A stretch of 12,862 bases of DNA from Pseudomonadota bacterium (GTDB lineage Bacteria > UBA10199 > 2-02-FULL-44-16 > JAAZCA01): the NCBI GenBank assembly GCA_043822785.1, contig JBDRBN010000091.1:1-12862 (forward strand). Reading direction: 5' to 3'. The first letter of the stretch is position 1; each line of letters starts with the position of its first letter. Under the pieces are notes generated by a model, which was not told the DNA's origin, did not search any database, and was given only the letters and a program-made list of their open reading frames with translations. A program made the translations under genes and the position numbers. This document shows positions 1 through 8,159 of this stretch, in pieces.

Positions 1-607
1 CATACCAATCGCGCCCCTTGACCCGACTCTTCCATCTTCGACAAAGGATAGCGTGCATCTTGCCGGCAAAGAGATCCGGAAGTGCATATGTCCGCACGGA
101 AAATGATATGGGTTGCAGGGCAAATTGAGTCTCAGTCTCAAAACCAGGTGGCGGATCAGTATCGACTTCGATTTTGATCTTTATTTTTTGATTTCGTGGA
201 ACAGCAGCGATGTTTTTCATCAATGGTTTTATAATCAGAAGATGTTTGAGCGTATCAGCTTTCATAAAAGCTGACTGCACCGCGCTCTCCTTAATTTTTT
301 TCTTTGACGTAACCTTGATGTCAAATCCAAATGCCCGAACTTCGGTCTGCAAGGCATCACCATAGCTTCCGAGATCGAAAGACGGCATTGGCTTCAGAAG
401 AGAAAAATCAAGATCTTCTGAAAAACGATCAAGTCCATGAAAGATTCGAAGCGCTGTGCCGCCATAGAATGCGGCCTTTTCAAAAAACTTGCTGCGCCAA
501 AGGCCCAGTAACGCGACTTCTTGCAAAATCTCTCGCAACGCCCTGACTGTGTCTTCAGTACTGCGCGAAGGATAACGCGAAAGCATGCGGACGATTGCTT
601 CATGCAT
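1..607 (-). CDS. AbiEii/AbiGii-family nucleotidyltransferase toxin of a type IV toxin-antitoxin system (3' end outside window)
   Basis: Not in the ORF track because it runs off the edge. Manual translation from ATG 607: MHEAIVRMLSRYPSRSTEDTVRALREILQEVALLGLWRSKFFEKAAFYGGTALRIFHGLDRFSEDLDFSLL. The GGTAL...RFSEDLDF motif is the AbiEii NTase signature. SD AAGGAGGT at 620-613; start overlaps the stop of the upstream antitoxin. Confidence 0.92.
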   Translation of the reverse strand, partial: MHEAIVRMLSRYPSRSTEDTVRALREILQEVALLGLWRSKFFEKAAFYGGTALRIFHGLDRFSEDLDFSLLKPMPSFDLGSYGDALQTEVRAFGFDIKVTSKKKIKESAVQSAFMKADTLKHLLIIKPLMKNIAAVPRNQKIKIKIEVDTDPPPGFETETQFALQPISFSVRTYALPDLFAGKMHAILCRRWKSRVKGRDWY

Positions 608-1262
608 GAGATACCTCCTTGGCGCTGCGCTTGAAGCGGCGTATGAGATTACTAAGAAGAAGGATCTTGCGCGAGCGATAAGCTTTGGCGATTTGCGAAA
701 GCATTTCAGCATTCAGCTGATGCAGCATTGATTCATCAATGCGCAGGGACTCAATCAAGTATTGAAGCATTTCTGTTTGTGTGCGGATGCCTGTGCCGCG
801 ATCATCTTGGATCTTGTCTGCCAATGCCTTTTCTAAAACAGCGATCAGAAATCCACGATCAGTATCTATATCTACGCGGTCCACGCCAATCCAAAAGGCT
901 GCAAGCGGAACTGTTCGATAGAGAAACAGGCCGATTGGCGTAGAAAAACGTCTTGTCCTCTTGCAGGTAACAGACGTGACGGCTTCCGCGCGTTCTGGAA
1001 TCATGTCATAGTAAGATAAGGCATACTCCAGCGAGATATAAGAGGGGCCATAGATCATGTTGGCAAGAATCTCGCGCGAAAAAGGACGGCGCGCATAATT
1101 TTCGCCAAACACATACAAGCCCTTCTTAACGCGGACAACGCTTCTACTCTTAAGCAGGCTTGTAATCTTGTCTCTCGGACGCGCATATTCCTTGAGCGCA
1201 TCGAGGAGGGCTTGGTAATCAAACTCCTCGCCAGGAATCCTCTTTCGCAACTCATCTATCAT
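600..1262 (-). CDS. AbiEi-like type IV antitoxin / transcriptional regulator
   Basis: N-terminal winged-helix-like segment (VVRVKKGLYV), then PSYISLEYALSYYDMIPE and EKALAD motifs typical of AbiEi-like antitoxins. Directly upstream of and coupled to the AbiEii gene. Start placed at ATG 1262 (MIDELRK) after AGGA; the ORF track extends it to 1310. Confidence 0.88.
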   Translation of the reverse strand: MIDELRKRIPGEEFDYQALLDALKEYARPRDKITSLLKSRSVVRVKKGLYVFGENYARRPFSREILANMIYGPSYISLEYALSYYDMIPERAEAVTSVTCKRTRRFSTPIGLFLYRTVPLAAFWIGVDRVDIDTDRGFLIAVLEKALADKIQDDRGTGIRTQTEMLQYLIESLRIDESMLHQLNAEMLSQIAKAYRSRKILLLSNLIRRFKRSAKEVSHA

Positions 1263-1300
1263 GATCGATTTCCTATCTGTTGTTTCATTGATCTGATGAA

Positions 1301-1351
1301 ATGATAGCACAAATAGACATAGTATGTCGACAAATATTCGACATACTATGT
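1301..1351 (-). promoter_or_regulatory. AbiE promoter with a perfect 14-bp inverted repeat (putative autoregulatory operator)
   Basis: ACATAGTATGTCGA (1317-1330), 7-nt spacer, TCGACATACTATGT (1338-1351). On the minus strand TCGACA (1330-1325), 18 nt, TATCAT (1306-1301) with an extended TG; the -35 lies inside one arm. Confidence 0.7.
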
Positions 1352-1364
1352 AACATTATGCTGA

Positions 1365-2195
1365 TTACGTTGCTTGCGTTTGCCCTGAGCGAACGCTAGT
1401 GAGTCGAAGGGTTGCTTGCGTATGTACATAAAGCAATGTCCCGCCCACTACCATAGGCGGCGCAAATATGAGGGCAAAGAAGGGGATGATAAAACCTGAG
1501 CCTAGGCCGATGAGCGCCCAGCGGTGTTTTAATGCAAACGCCTTTCGATCGGCAAACGGCACAGCCTTTCTTCCAAACGGCAGGTCAGCATAGGAAAATC
1601 CCAAATCCCATGCTCCACACAAGAATGTGAGAACCACATACAGAGGGGCGCCTATCACAGGTATAAAACTCAGCACAAATAACACTATAGGAATTGCCAA
1701 AAGGATCGCTGCCTTTAGCGATTCAACTCTGATCGTTCTCCACAGATCTTTCATGAACTTGCGCATGGTAAAGGGTGGTGGTTCCTCGCCTGTGACCATC
1801 ACCTCCACGTGCTCAGAGAGCATATCATTAAACGGACCGGCGATTATAAAGCTCGCAGCGTATGAGACGATAAGAAGTATAATGAGGCTCAAAAGCACGA
1901 TGAATATCTGAAAGATTATATTCAAAACCCATATGATTCCGTTAAGAGCTGTCTGCCACCAAGCTGTAGCATCCTCAAACCCTGTAAGACCCAGATGCGA
2001 AGATAACCAACCGTAGAGATCGCCGTAATAATGAATGAAAACCCCAAGCATTACAGCGAGCAAAAGTAGGTTGAGGATTGTAGGGATCACCGCCCAAATC
2101 CACAGTTTGGGATGAGCTATGAGAAAGGTGAAGCCCTTGATAAGAAATTCAAAGCCTTCTTTTAGACCCTTGATTCTGGACATGCTGTGATGCAT
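1365..2195 (-). CDS. EI24/CysZ-like integral membrane protein
   Basis: Several hydrophobic helices; IAGPFNDMLSEHVE and FIPVIG motifs resemble the EI24/CysZ family. Start may be ATG 2183 (MSRIKG). Confidence 0.8.
   Translation of the reverse strand: MHHSMSRIKGLKEGFEFLIKGFTFLIAHPKLWIWAVIPTILNLLLLAVMLGVFIHYYGDLYGWLSSHLGLTGFEDATAWWQTALNGIIWVLNIIFQIFIVLLSLIILLIVSYAASFIIAGPFNDMLSEHVEVMVTGEEPPPFTMRKFMKDLWRTIRVESLKAAILLAIPIVLFVLSFIPVIGAPLYVVLTFLCGAWDLGFSYADLPFGRKAVPFADRKAFALKHRWALIGLGSGFIIPFFALIFAPPMVVGGTLLYVHTQATLRLTSVRSGQTQAT
1369..1421. repeat. Short REP-like element flanked by an 11-bp direct repeat, inside the 3' end of the EI24-like gene
   Basis: GTTGCTTGCGT at 1369-1379 and 1411-1421 flanks TTGCCCTGAGCGAACGCTAGTGAGTCGAAGG (1380-1410), which resembles the recurrent CCCTGAGC...GTCGAAGGG bacterial repeat. 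Confidence 0.7.
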
Positions 2196-2228
2196 AAATT
2201 ATGCTAGCAAATACGGCAAGAAATTGTT

Positions 2229-2321
2229 TGTCATTGCGAGGAGCGATAGCGACGACGCAATCTCCGTAATTCACGGGGATCGCCACGCCCAGCACCAGAC
2301 GGTGCTGGGCTCGCGATGACA
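2229..2321. repeat. GTCA-terminated palindromic repeat (REP/RPE-like), copy 1
   Basis: Ends TGTCATTGCGAG / CTCGCGATGACA (11/12 inverted match); internal 10-bp hairpin GCCCAGCACC-AGAC-GGTGCTGGGC (2287-2310). First 18 nt identical to the copy at 4972. Confidence 0.85.
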
Positions 2322-2333
2322 GAAGGAGAAGAA

Positions 2334-3233
2334 TTGCAAACATCATTAGATCACAGCATTGACGAATATCTTACGCACTTGCGTGTGGAAAAGCAGCTGG
2401 CTGCAAACACGCTAGAGGCTTATGGACACGATCTGCGCTGCTTTGCCGAGCATATGTCAAAAAAGGGCAAAAAGGATATAGCTTCTATTGAAGAGGCTGA
2501 CATCCTCTCATTTCTTGTCTCACTTCACGAAGGCAAGCTCACATCTAGAAGCGTTACCAGGTATCTGGTAGTTGTGCGTGGATTATTTTTATATCTCTTA
2601 AAGGAAAAAAAGCTAAATGGCGATCCCACTGCCAAGATCGAGTTTCCTGCAAAGTGGAAAAAGCTTCCTCACGTGCTTTCGCTTGAGCAGGTAGATGCGC
2701 TGCTTGCGCAACCCTTGCGCAACAGCATCTTGGGCATGCGGGATCATGCAATAATCCAGCTCTTCTATGCATCAGGGCTTAGGATTTCAGAGATGAGCAT
2801 GCTCACGGTCGACAGGGTAAACCTACAGCAGGGGTATGTCATGCCCATGGGCAAGGGATCAAAGGAAAGGGTCGTGCCCATGGGAAGGACAGCCATCGAA
2901 GCTGTGAGCGAGTACTTAAGCGAGTCCCGTCCCCAGCTAGCCGGCAAGCGCATATGCGATCGCCTGTTTCTCTCAAGAAGGGGCACAGGTATTTCGCGCC
3001 AGCGGATTTGGGAGGCCATCAAGTTCTATGCAAAAAAGGCAGGCATTACCATAAACGTAACTCCCCACATGTTACGCCACTCTTTTGCAACCCACTTAAT
3101 CGAGCATGGCGCTGATTTGCGCATTGTGCAGACCATGCTAGGCCATGCTGATGTATCCACCACCCAGATATATACCCACGTATCCCGCCAACACGTGATG
3201 GACCTATACAAGAAATTCCACCCAAGGGCATGA
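2334..3233 (+). CDS. xerD: Site-specific tyrosine recombinase XerD
   Basis: Catalytic residues R (GLRISE), K (GKGSKERVVP), HxxR (PHMLRHSFATH), H (LGH) and Y (TTQIYTH), with C-terminal FHPRA. Start probably TTG 2334 after SD AAGGAG (2323-2328); ATG 2316 lies inside the repeat. Confidence 0.93.
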   Translation: MQTSLDHSIDEYLTHLRVEKQLAANTLEAYGHDLRCFAEHMSKKGKKDIASIEEADILSFLVSLHEGKLTSRSVTRYLVVVRGLFLYLLKEKKLNGDPTAKIEFPAKWKKLPHVLSLEQVDALLAQPLRNSILGMRDHAIIQLFYASGLRISEMSMLTVDRVNLQQGYVMPMGKGSKERVVPMGRTAIEAVSEYLSESRPQLAGKRICDRLFLSRRGTGISRQRIWEAIKFYAKKAGITINVTPHMLRHSFATHLIEHGADLRIVQTMLGHADVSTTQIYTHVSRQHVMDLYKKFHPRA

Positions 3234-3276
3234 ACTTATTGACTTTGCAGGACTTTTTGATTAGCAACCACGAACC

Positions 3277-3948
3277 ATGCAAAGCGCGCTATTAAGACTT
3301 GTGCTCTTTTATCCAATCTTTCTGTTTTCGCTCTCGTGGCACGAGGCAGCCCACGCGTGGGTGGCAGACAAGTTTGGTGATGATACAGCGCGGCTTATGG
3401 GCAGGGTGTCGCTATCTCCTTTTCCACATATGGATCTTGTGGGCACGTTTATTCTGCCAGTGTTTGGCATCCTTACAGGCGCGCCAGTAATTGGGTGGGG
3501 CAAGCCAGTTCCAGTTAATCCTTATCGTTTAAAAGGCGATCTGCGTCGCTCAAGTCTGTGGGTTGCGGCTTCAGGGCCTGTGAGCAACATAGCTTTAGCG
3601 ATCGTGTTTGCAGGATGTGCGCACATCTTTATGTACCTCCTACCCTCGCTTCCAGAAGGCAGTCTGACCCCAGGCTCAGGCACAGCCCAGTTTATTGGCC
3701 TAATCTATGCCCTGTTGGAGATGGGCGTAATTCTGAATCTGATTTTAGCGTTTTTCAACCTCATCCCATTGCCGCCGCTTGATGGGGGCACAGTTTTAAG
3801 AGGGCTTTTGCCGCACAAAAGCGTTGAGTCGTTTGATATGCTTTCGCGCTACAGCTTCCTTATTTTGATTGTTTTGTTTGTGACAGGGTTGTTAAGGTAC
3901 ATACTAATACCAGCGTTTCTGCTGGCGAGCTATCTGCTGCCTGCATAA
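3277..3948 (+). CDS. Site-2 protease (M50 family) intramembrane metalloprotease
   Basis: HEAAH zinc motif in TM1, GWGKPVPVNP, and FNLIPLPPLDG; usual position upstream of trpS. Confidence 0.92.
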   Translation: MQSALLRLVLFYPIFLFSLSWHEAAHAWVADKFGDDTARLMGRVSLSPFPHMDLVGTFILPVFGILTGAPVIGWGKPVPVNPYRLKGDLRRSSLWVAASGPVSNIALAIVFAGCAHIFMYLLPSLPEGSLTPGSGTAQFIGLIYALLEMGVILNLILAFFNLIPLPPLDGGTVLRGLLPHKSVESFDMLSRYSFLILIVLFVTGLLRYILIPAFLLASYLLPA

Positions 3949-3956
3949 AGGTTTTT

Positions 3957-4958
3957 ATGCCTAAGAAAAAGCGAATATTGAGCGGAAACCGCCCCACAGG
4001 AAAACTCCACTGGGGCAACTATTTTGGCGCTCTTAAGAATTGGGTAAACCTGCAGGACGAGTATGAGTGCTATTACTTTGTTGCAGACTGGCACGCCCTT
4101 ACCACAGGTTATGATCGCGTGGACGTGATAGCGCCTTCAGTAAAGGATGTGCTAAAGGATTGGCTGGCCGCAGGTCTTGATCCAAAAAAATCCGTCATCT
4201 TCATTCAGTCGTGGGTGCCACAGCATGCAGAGCTGCATCTTCTTCTTTCCATGATAACTCCGCTCGGCTGGCTTGAGCGTGTGCCATCCTATAAGGATAT
4301 GAAGAACCAACTCAAAGACCGCGACTTAAACATGTATGGCTTTTTTGGGTATCCGCTCTTGCAGGCTGCAGATATCCTGATGTATGGCGCACATATCGTA
4401 CCAGTTGGCGAAGATCAGCTTGCACATCTGGAGTTTACGCGTGAGCTGGTCAGGCGCTTTAATTTTTTGATGAAGCGCGAGGATGTGTTCATAGAACCAG
4501 AGCCTCTTCTCACTAGTGCAGCAAGGGTGCCAGGCATCGATGGCAGAAAGATGTCCAAGAGCTATGACAATGCAATCTACATGGCTGATGACGATGAAAC
4601 CATCCGCAAGAAGATGATGCAAGCGATAACAGATCCTGCTCGTAAACGACGCGATGATCCAGGCCATCCTGAGGTGTGCAACATATTTGCATTTCATAAA
4701 CTTTATACAGATAAGGATACGATCGCCGATATCGATAAGAAGTGCAGGGTTGCAAAAATCGGATGTGTGGATTGTAAGAAGATGTGCATAGACAATGCGC
4801 TAAATTACTGGAGGCCCATCAGGGAGCGTAGGCAAGAGTGGGATGGTAAAGAGAACGAACTTCTTGAAATAGCACGTAAGGGTTCTGAAAAAGCGTGCGC
4901 TGTGGCAGAAGAGATGATGCAGAAGGTAAGGGAAGTGATGGGACTAGTATATGAATAA
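3957..4958 (+). CDS. trpS: Tryptophan-tRNA ligase
   Basis: SGNRPTGKLHWGNY (HIGH-like), VADWHALT, YPLLQAADIL, VPVGEDQ and KMSKS motifs. Confidence 0.97.
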   Translation: MPKKKRILSGNRPTGKLHWGNYFGALKNWVNLQDEYECYYFVADWHALTTGYDRVDVIAPSVKDVLKDWLAAGLDPKKSVIFIQSWVPQHAELHLLLSMITPLGWLERVPSYKDMKNQLKDRDLNMYGFFGYPLLQAADILMYGAHIVPVGEDQLAHLEFTRELVRRFNFLMKREDVFIEPEPLLTSAARVPGIDGRKMSKSYDNAIYMADDDETIRKKMMQAITDPARKRRDDPGHPEVCNIFAFHKLYTDKDTIADIDKKCRVAKIGCVDCKKMCIDNALNYWRPIRERRQEWDGKENELLEIARKGSEKACAVAEEMMQKVREVMGLVYE

Positions 4959-4971
4959 GCGAGGCTAAAGA

Positions 4972-5056
4972 TGTCATTGCGAGGAGCGCAAGCTCCGAAG
5001 CAATCCCCATAGAACAGTTCATTTAGGAGATTGCTTCGCTTTCGCTCGCAATGACA
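4972..5056. repeat. GTCA-terminated palindromic repeat (REP/RPE-like), copy 2
   Basis: Perfect 12-bp terminal inverted repeat TGTCATTGCGAG / CTCGCAATGACA with inner arms CGAAGCAATC / GATTGCTTCG; lies between trpS and scpA. Confidence 0.88.
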
Positions 5057-5084
5057 CCAATAATTCTAAGTAGCTTGCAAAAAT

Positions 5085-5867
5085 ATGGAACCACTATACT
5101 TACAAGATGATTACAGAGTAAACCTCGAGGTCTTCGAGGGGCCGCTGGATCTTCTTATGCATCTTATCAAGAAGAACGATCTGGACATATACGACATCCC
5201 CGTGGCCTTTGTGCTCGAAGAGTACATGCGCTACATCGACACGATAAGAGATCTCAACATCGATCTGGCAGGTGATTTTCTGCTTATGGCTGCCGAGTTG
5301 GCGCATATCAAGTCACGCTTGCTCTTGCCAGAGGAAGAAGCAGAAGGCATTGAGCTGGATGAAGAAGATCCACGTTCTGATCTAGTTATGCGTTTGCTTG
5401 AATACCAGCGATATAAGGATGCATCTGAAAGGATCCTAGAACGTGCCATGCTTGGTCGCGATGTATTTACGCCTCTATGCCCTGAACGCATCGAGGTGGA
5501 GGAGGGCGGCGCAGTCGAGGGCGATGTGTATCAGCTGGTCGAGGCGTTTTCCAAACTCTTAAAGCGTGTGCCTGAAGAGGATGTGCACGATGTTGCTGTG
5601 GACCGCATCTCTGTAAACGATCGCATATATCAAATAGCTGCGAAGTTAAAAAAGGGTAGTACCATTAACATTGAAGACCTCATGCCAGAAAGGCCAGAGC
5701 GTTATGACATCGTCATAACGTTTATATCTCTCTTAGAGATGTGCAGGCTTCACATGATTCGCGTATATCAATCAAGCGCTTGCGGCACGTTGCATATTCA
5801 AGGCATCATGGAAGAAGTTAGCGACGAGGATGTGGTGAAACTAGTAGAGAACGAGACAGGAGGTTAG
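5085..5867 (+). CDS. scpA: Segregation and condensation protein A (kleisin)
   Basis: FEGPLDLLMHLI, FLLMAAEL..IKSRLLLP, RLLEYQRYK and C-terminal TFISLLEM motifs. Confidence 0.95.
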   Translation: MEPLYLQDDYRVNLEVFEGPLDLLMHLIKKNDLDIYDIPVAFVLEEYMRYIDTIRDLNIDLAGDFLLMAAELAHIKSRLLLPEEEAEGIELDEEDPRSDLVMRLLEYQRYKDASERILERAMLGRDVFTPLCPERIEVEEGGAVEGDVYQLVEAFSKLLKRVPEEDVHDVAVDRISVNDRIYQIAAKLKKGSTINIEDLMPERPERYDIVITFISLLEMCRLHMIRVYQSSACGTLHIQGIMEEVSDEDVVKLVENETGG

Positions 5868-6791
5868 ATGGACGCCACCGAACTCAAAGCAATTATCGAA
5901 GCGATGATATTTGTATCGCAAGAGCCGCTCACTGAGAACGCAATACACATTGCGCTTGCTGAAGACGGTATAGAGAAAGATGCGGTTCGCGAGTGCATCG
6001 CAAATATTGAAAAGGATTGGAGTGAATCTGCTGATCGCGGGGTAGGGCTTGCAAAGGTTGCCGGCGGATACCAGTTTCGCACAAAGGAGAGCTGCGCAAG
6101 TTGGCTTAAAAAACTTACAATACCCAAGCCCATGCGCTTATCTGCGCAAGCTCTTGAAACGCTTGCCATCGTCGCATACCGTCAGCCCATAATGCGCAGC
6201 GAGATCGAAAAAATCCGGGGTGTGGACACAGGAGGTGTTCTCAAAACGCTTTTAGAGCGCAGGCTGCTTCGCATTGTGGGTAGAAGCCAAGAACCAGGCC
6301 AACCCTTGTTATATGGCACTACCAAAGAGTTTCTCGAGGTCTTCAACCTAAACACATTAAAGGAACTTCCCACGCTCAAGGATATCGATGATCTCATGCG
6401 CGAACGCAGAGAACAAATACAGGGCGATGCACAAATAAAGGCAGAGGGCGATGACGAGGACCTCACCGAAATATTAGGCGAGAAGGATAAAGAGGAAGAA
6501 GACGAAACCGAGATCATACGCCGGCGCCCCCTTGATGAGGATGAGGAAGAGGAAAAGAAGGATCAGGAGGCGCTTTCCACTTTGGAAACTCAACTTAAGG
6601 GACTAAGACGCCTTGAGAAGGCCATGTTCCCAAAACCCATTCCCAAACCCCAGGCAGAAGATGCAACATCAGCAGAGTCACAAACCGAGGCGGACAAGGC
6701 ACAAACACAAGGCGAAGGTGCACATACCTCTGCCTGCGATGAAGGTGCCAACGAAGATTCGCCTTCAGAGGATGATCGCCCTTTCCAGTGA
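5868..6791 (+). CDS. scpB: Segregation and condensation protein B with a long acidic C-terminal tail
   Basis: IIEAMIF, VAGGYQFRT, LSAQALETLAIVAYRQP, IRGVD and LYGTTKEFLEVF..L..LP motifs; abuts the scpA stop. Confidence 0.95.
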   Translation: MDATELKAIIEAMIFVSQEPLTENAIHIALAEDGIEKDAVRECIANIEKDWSESADRGVGLAKVAGGYQFRTKESCASWLKKLTIPKPMRLSAQALETLAIVAYRQPIMRSEIEKIRGVDTGGVLKTLLERRLLRIVGRSQEPGQPLLYGTTKEFLEVFNLNTLKELPTLKDIDDLMRERREQIQGDAQIKAEGDDEDLTEILGEKDKEEEDETEIIRRRPLDEDEEEEKKDQEALSTLETQLKGLRRLEKAMFPKPIPKPQAEDATSAESQTEADKAQTQGEGAHTSACDEGANEDSPSEDDRPFQ

Positions 6792-7467
6792 GCTATCGCG
6801 CAGGTCAGCAGAAGCCGCGATAAAAAGGGGCGAGGTCACGGTAAACGGCAGGGTAACAACAGAGCTTGGCACCTCTGTTGATCCGCTAAGAGACAAGGTT
6901 TGTTTAAATGGAAGCCCTCTTTTCTTTAAGGCGCGTCGCAACTACCTGGCATTTTTTAAACCTCGCAATGTTCTTGTAACAAAGCACGACCCACAGAGCA
7001 GACCGACCATATGGGATGGATTAAAAGAGTGGAAGGATAAGCTCAACTCGGTGGGCCGCCTTGATTTTGATTCTGATGGTCTTTTGCTTCTCACAGACGA
7101 CGGCGATTTTTTAAACCTGCTCACACATCCCAAACATGAGATATGGAAGATCTATCGGGTTCGCGTAAAGGGCGAACCATCTGCAGAGGATCTAAAGCGA
7201 CTGCGTGAAGGAGTGAAGCTAAGCGATGGGCAAACGCTTCCTGCTAAAGTGAAGAGAGTGGATAAGGGAGGGCTCAACGCCCTTTTAGAGATATCAATTC
7301 GCGAGGGCAGAAATCGCCAGGTTAGGCGCATGTGCGATGCTATTGGCTACCCTGTGATAAAACTCAGAAGAATCGCGATAGGACCAATAAGGCTTGGAAG
7401 CCTAAAGATAGGCAAATGGCGCCATCTTAAGAGCGCTGAGGTGAAAGCGGTTTTGGGTCATGTCTAA
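6739..7467 (+). CDS. rluB: rRNA pseudouridine synthase with S4 domain (RluB/RsuA family)
   Basis: S4 domain (RLQRMIA..SRRSAE..I..G.VTVNG), catalytic VGRLDFDSDGLLLLT, EGRNRQVRRM. scpAB-rluB synteny. Start likely ATG 6739, overlapping the end of scpB. Confidence 0.9.
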   Translation: MKVPTKIRLQRMIALSSELSRRSAEAAIKRGEVTVNGRVTTELGTSVDPLRDKVCLNGSPLFFKARRNYLAFFKPRNVLVTKHDPQSRPTIWDGLKEWKDKLNSVGRLDFDSDGLLLLTDDGDFLNLLTHPKHEIWKIYRVRVKGEPSAEDLKRLREGVKLSDGQTLPAKVKRVDKGGLNALLEISIREGRNRQVRRMCDAIGYPVIKLRRIAIGPIRLGSLKIGKWRHLKSAEVKAVLGHV

Positions 7468-8062
7468 GAATTTGCAAAGTTTTCTTATCTCTAATGCAGA
7501 TTAAAATGCTATGAATGGTGTGATTGGGCATATCGTCCATGAATGCTCGAATACCAGCTAGCATGGCGCGTACAACAACATCCTCCTCTTGCGTAGTATT
7601 TCCGTTGCTCTTCGTCCTTCCAAACTGCATGGGAAATACTACTGAATCGATCCCCTCCGTTGTGGCAATCGTAAGCGTTGCGAAAGCGGCATCTCTTGAG
7701 TATTTATTGGCACTGGCGCCGGCTGAATTAACATTTACATTGATCAGGGCCGGATGACGTTTTTTTGTTCTTACTACCGCTGCATCGAATATACTTTTTT
7801 TCACACGCTGGTTTAAGAATGGCATACCACCATAGTAGGACATTGTATAATCATTACTGTCTGAAACGTATCGGTCTGTTGTTTGATCTGATGCTTGTCC
7901 ACCTGAAAGAGCAATTGCGCTAAATCGATTGAATTGCTGAGGAGGCATAAGCGCAATGCCTACCTTAGACGGACCTATTGCCGACACAACATAATTAGGC
8001 GGCTGCACGGTGGATGCAAGAAAAGCAGGTAGTGTCAAAACCATGTTAGGTAAAGTAGTCAT
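7427..8062 (-). CDS. Hypothetical protein with a divergent macro-domain-like C-terminal half
   Basis: 211-aa ORF. AAFATLTIATTEGIDSVVFPMQFG...VVVRAMLAGIRAFMDD.....IHSILICIRDKKTLQ follows the helix-SIAFP-helix-strand pattern of macro domains. Overlaps the rluB 3' end convergently by 41 nt. Confidence 0.6.
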   Translation of the reverse strand: MTTLPNMVLTLPAFLASTVQPPNYVVSAIGPSKVGIALMPPQQFNRFSAIALSGGQASDQTTDRYVSDSNDYTMSYYGGMPFLNQRVKKSIFDAAVVRTKKRHPALINVNVNSAGASANKYSRDAAFATLTIATTEGIDSVVFPMQFGRTKSNGNTTQEEDVVVRAMLAGIRAFMDDMPNHTIHSILICIRDKKTLQILRHDPKPLSPQRS

Positions 8063-8159
8063 CGCTTTGTATTCATCGTCAGTTTTTAAAAAAGGTTGCG
8101 CGAAAAATAGGATAAATAAACAATCAATAAAAACAAGATGTTGCGTAATTTTTCAACTT

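Noticed and set aside
331..603. ORF-track ORFs 331-546 (+) and 394-603 (-)
   Set aside because: Shadow or alternate frames of the real AbiEii gene that starts at 607.
2316..3233. Tyrosine recombinase as a prophage or island integrase
   Set aside because: Length, motifs and position at the head of the S2P-trpS-scpAB-rluB run fit housekeeping XerD; no att sites or phage genes are nearby.
6613..6738. Long N-terminal extension of rluB from TTG 6613
   Set aside because: Lies within scpB and shows no S4 similarity until MKVPTKIRLQR at 6739.
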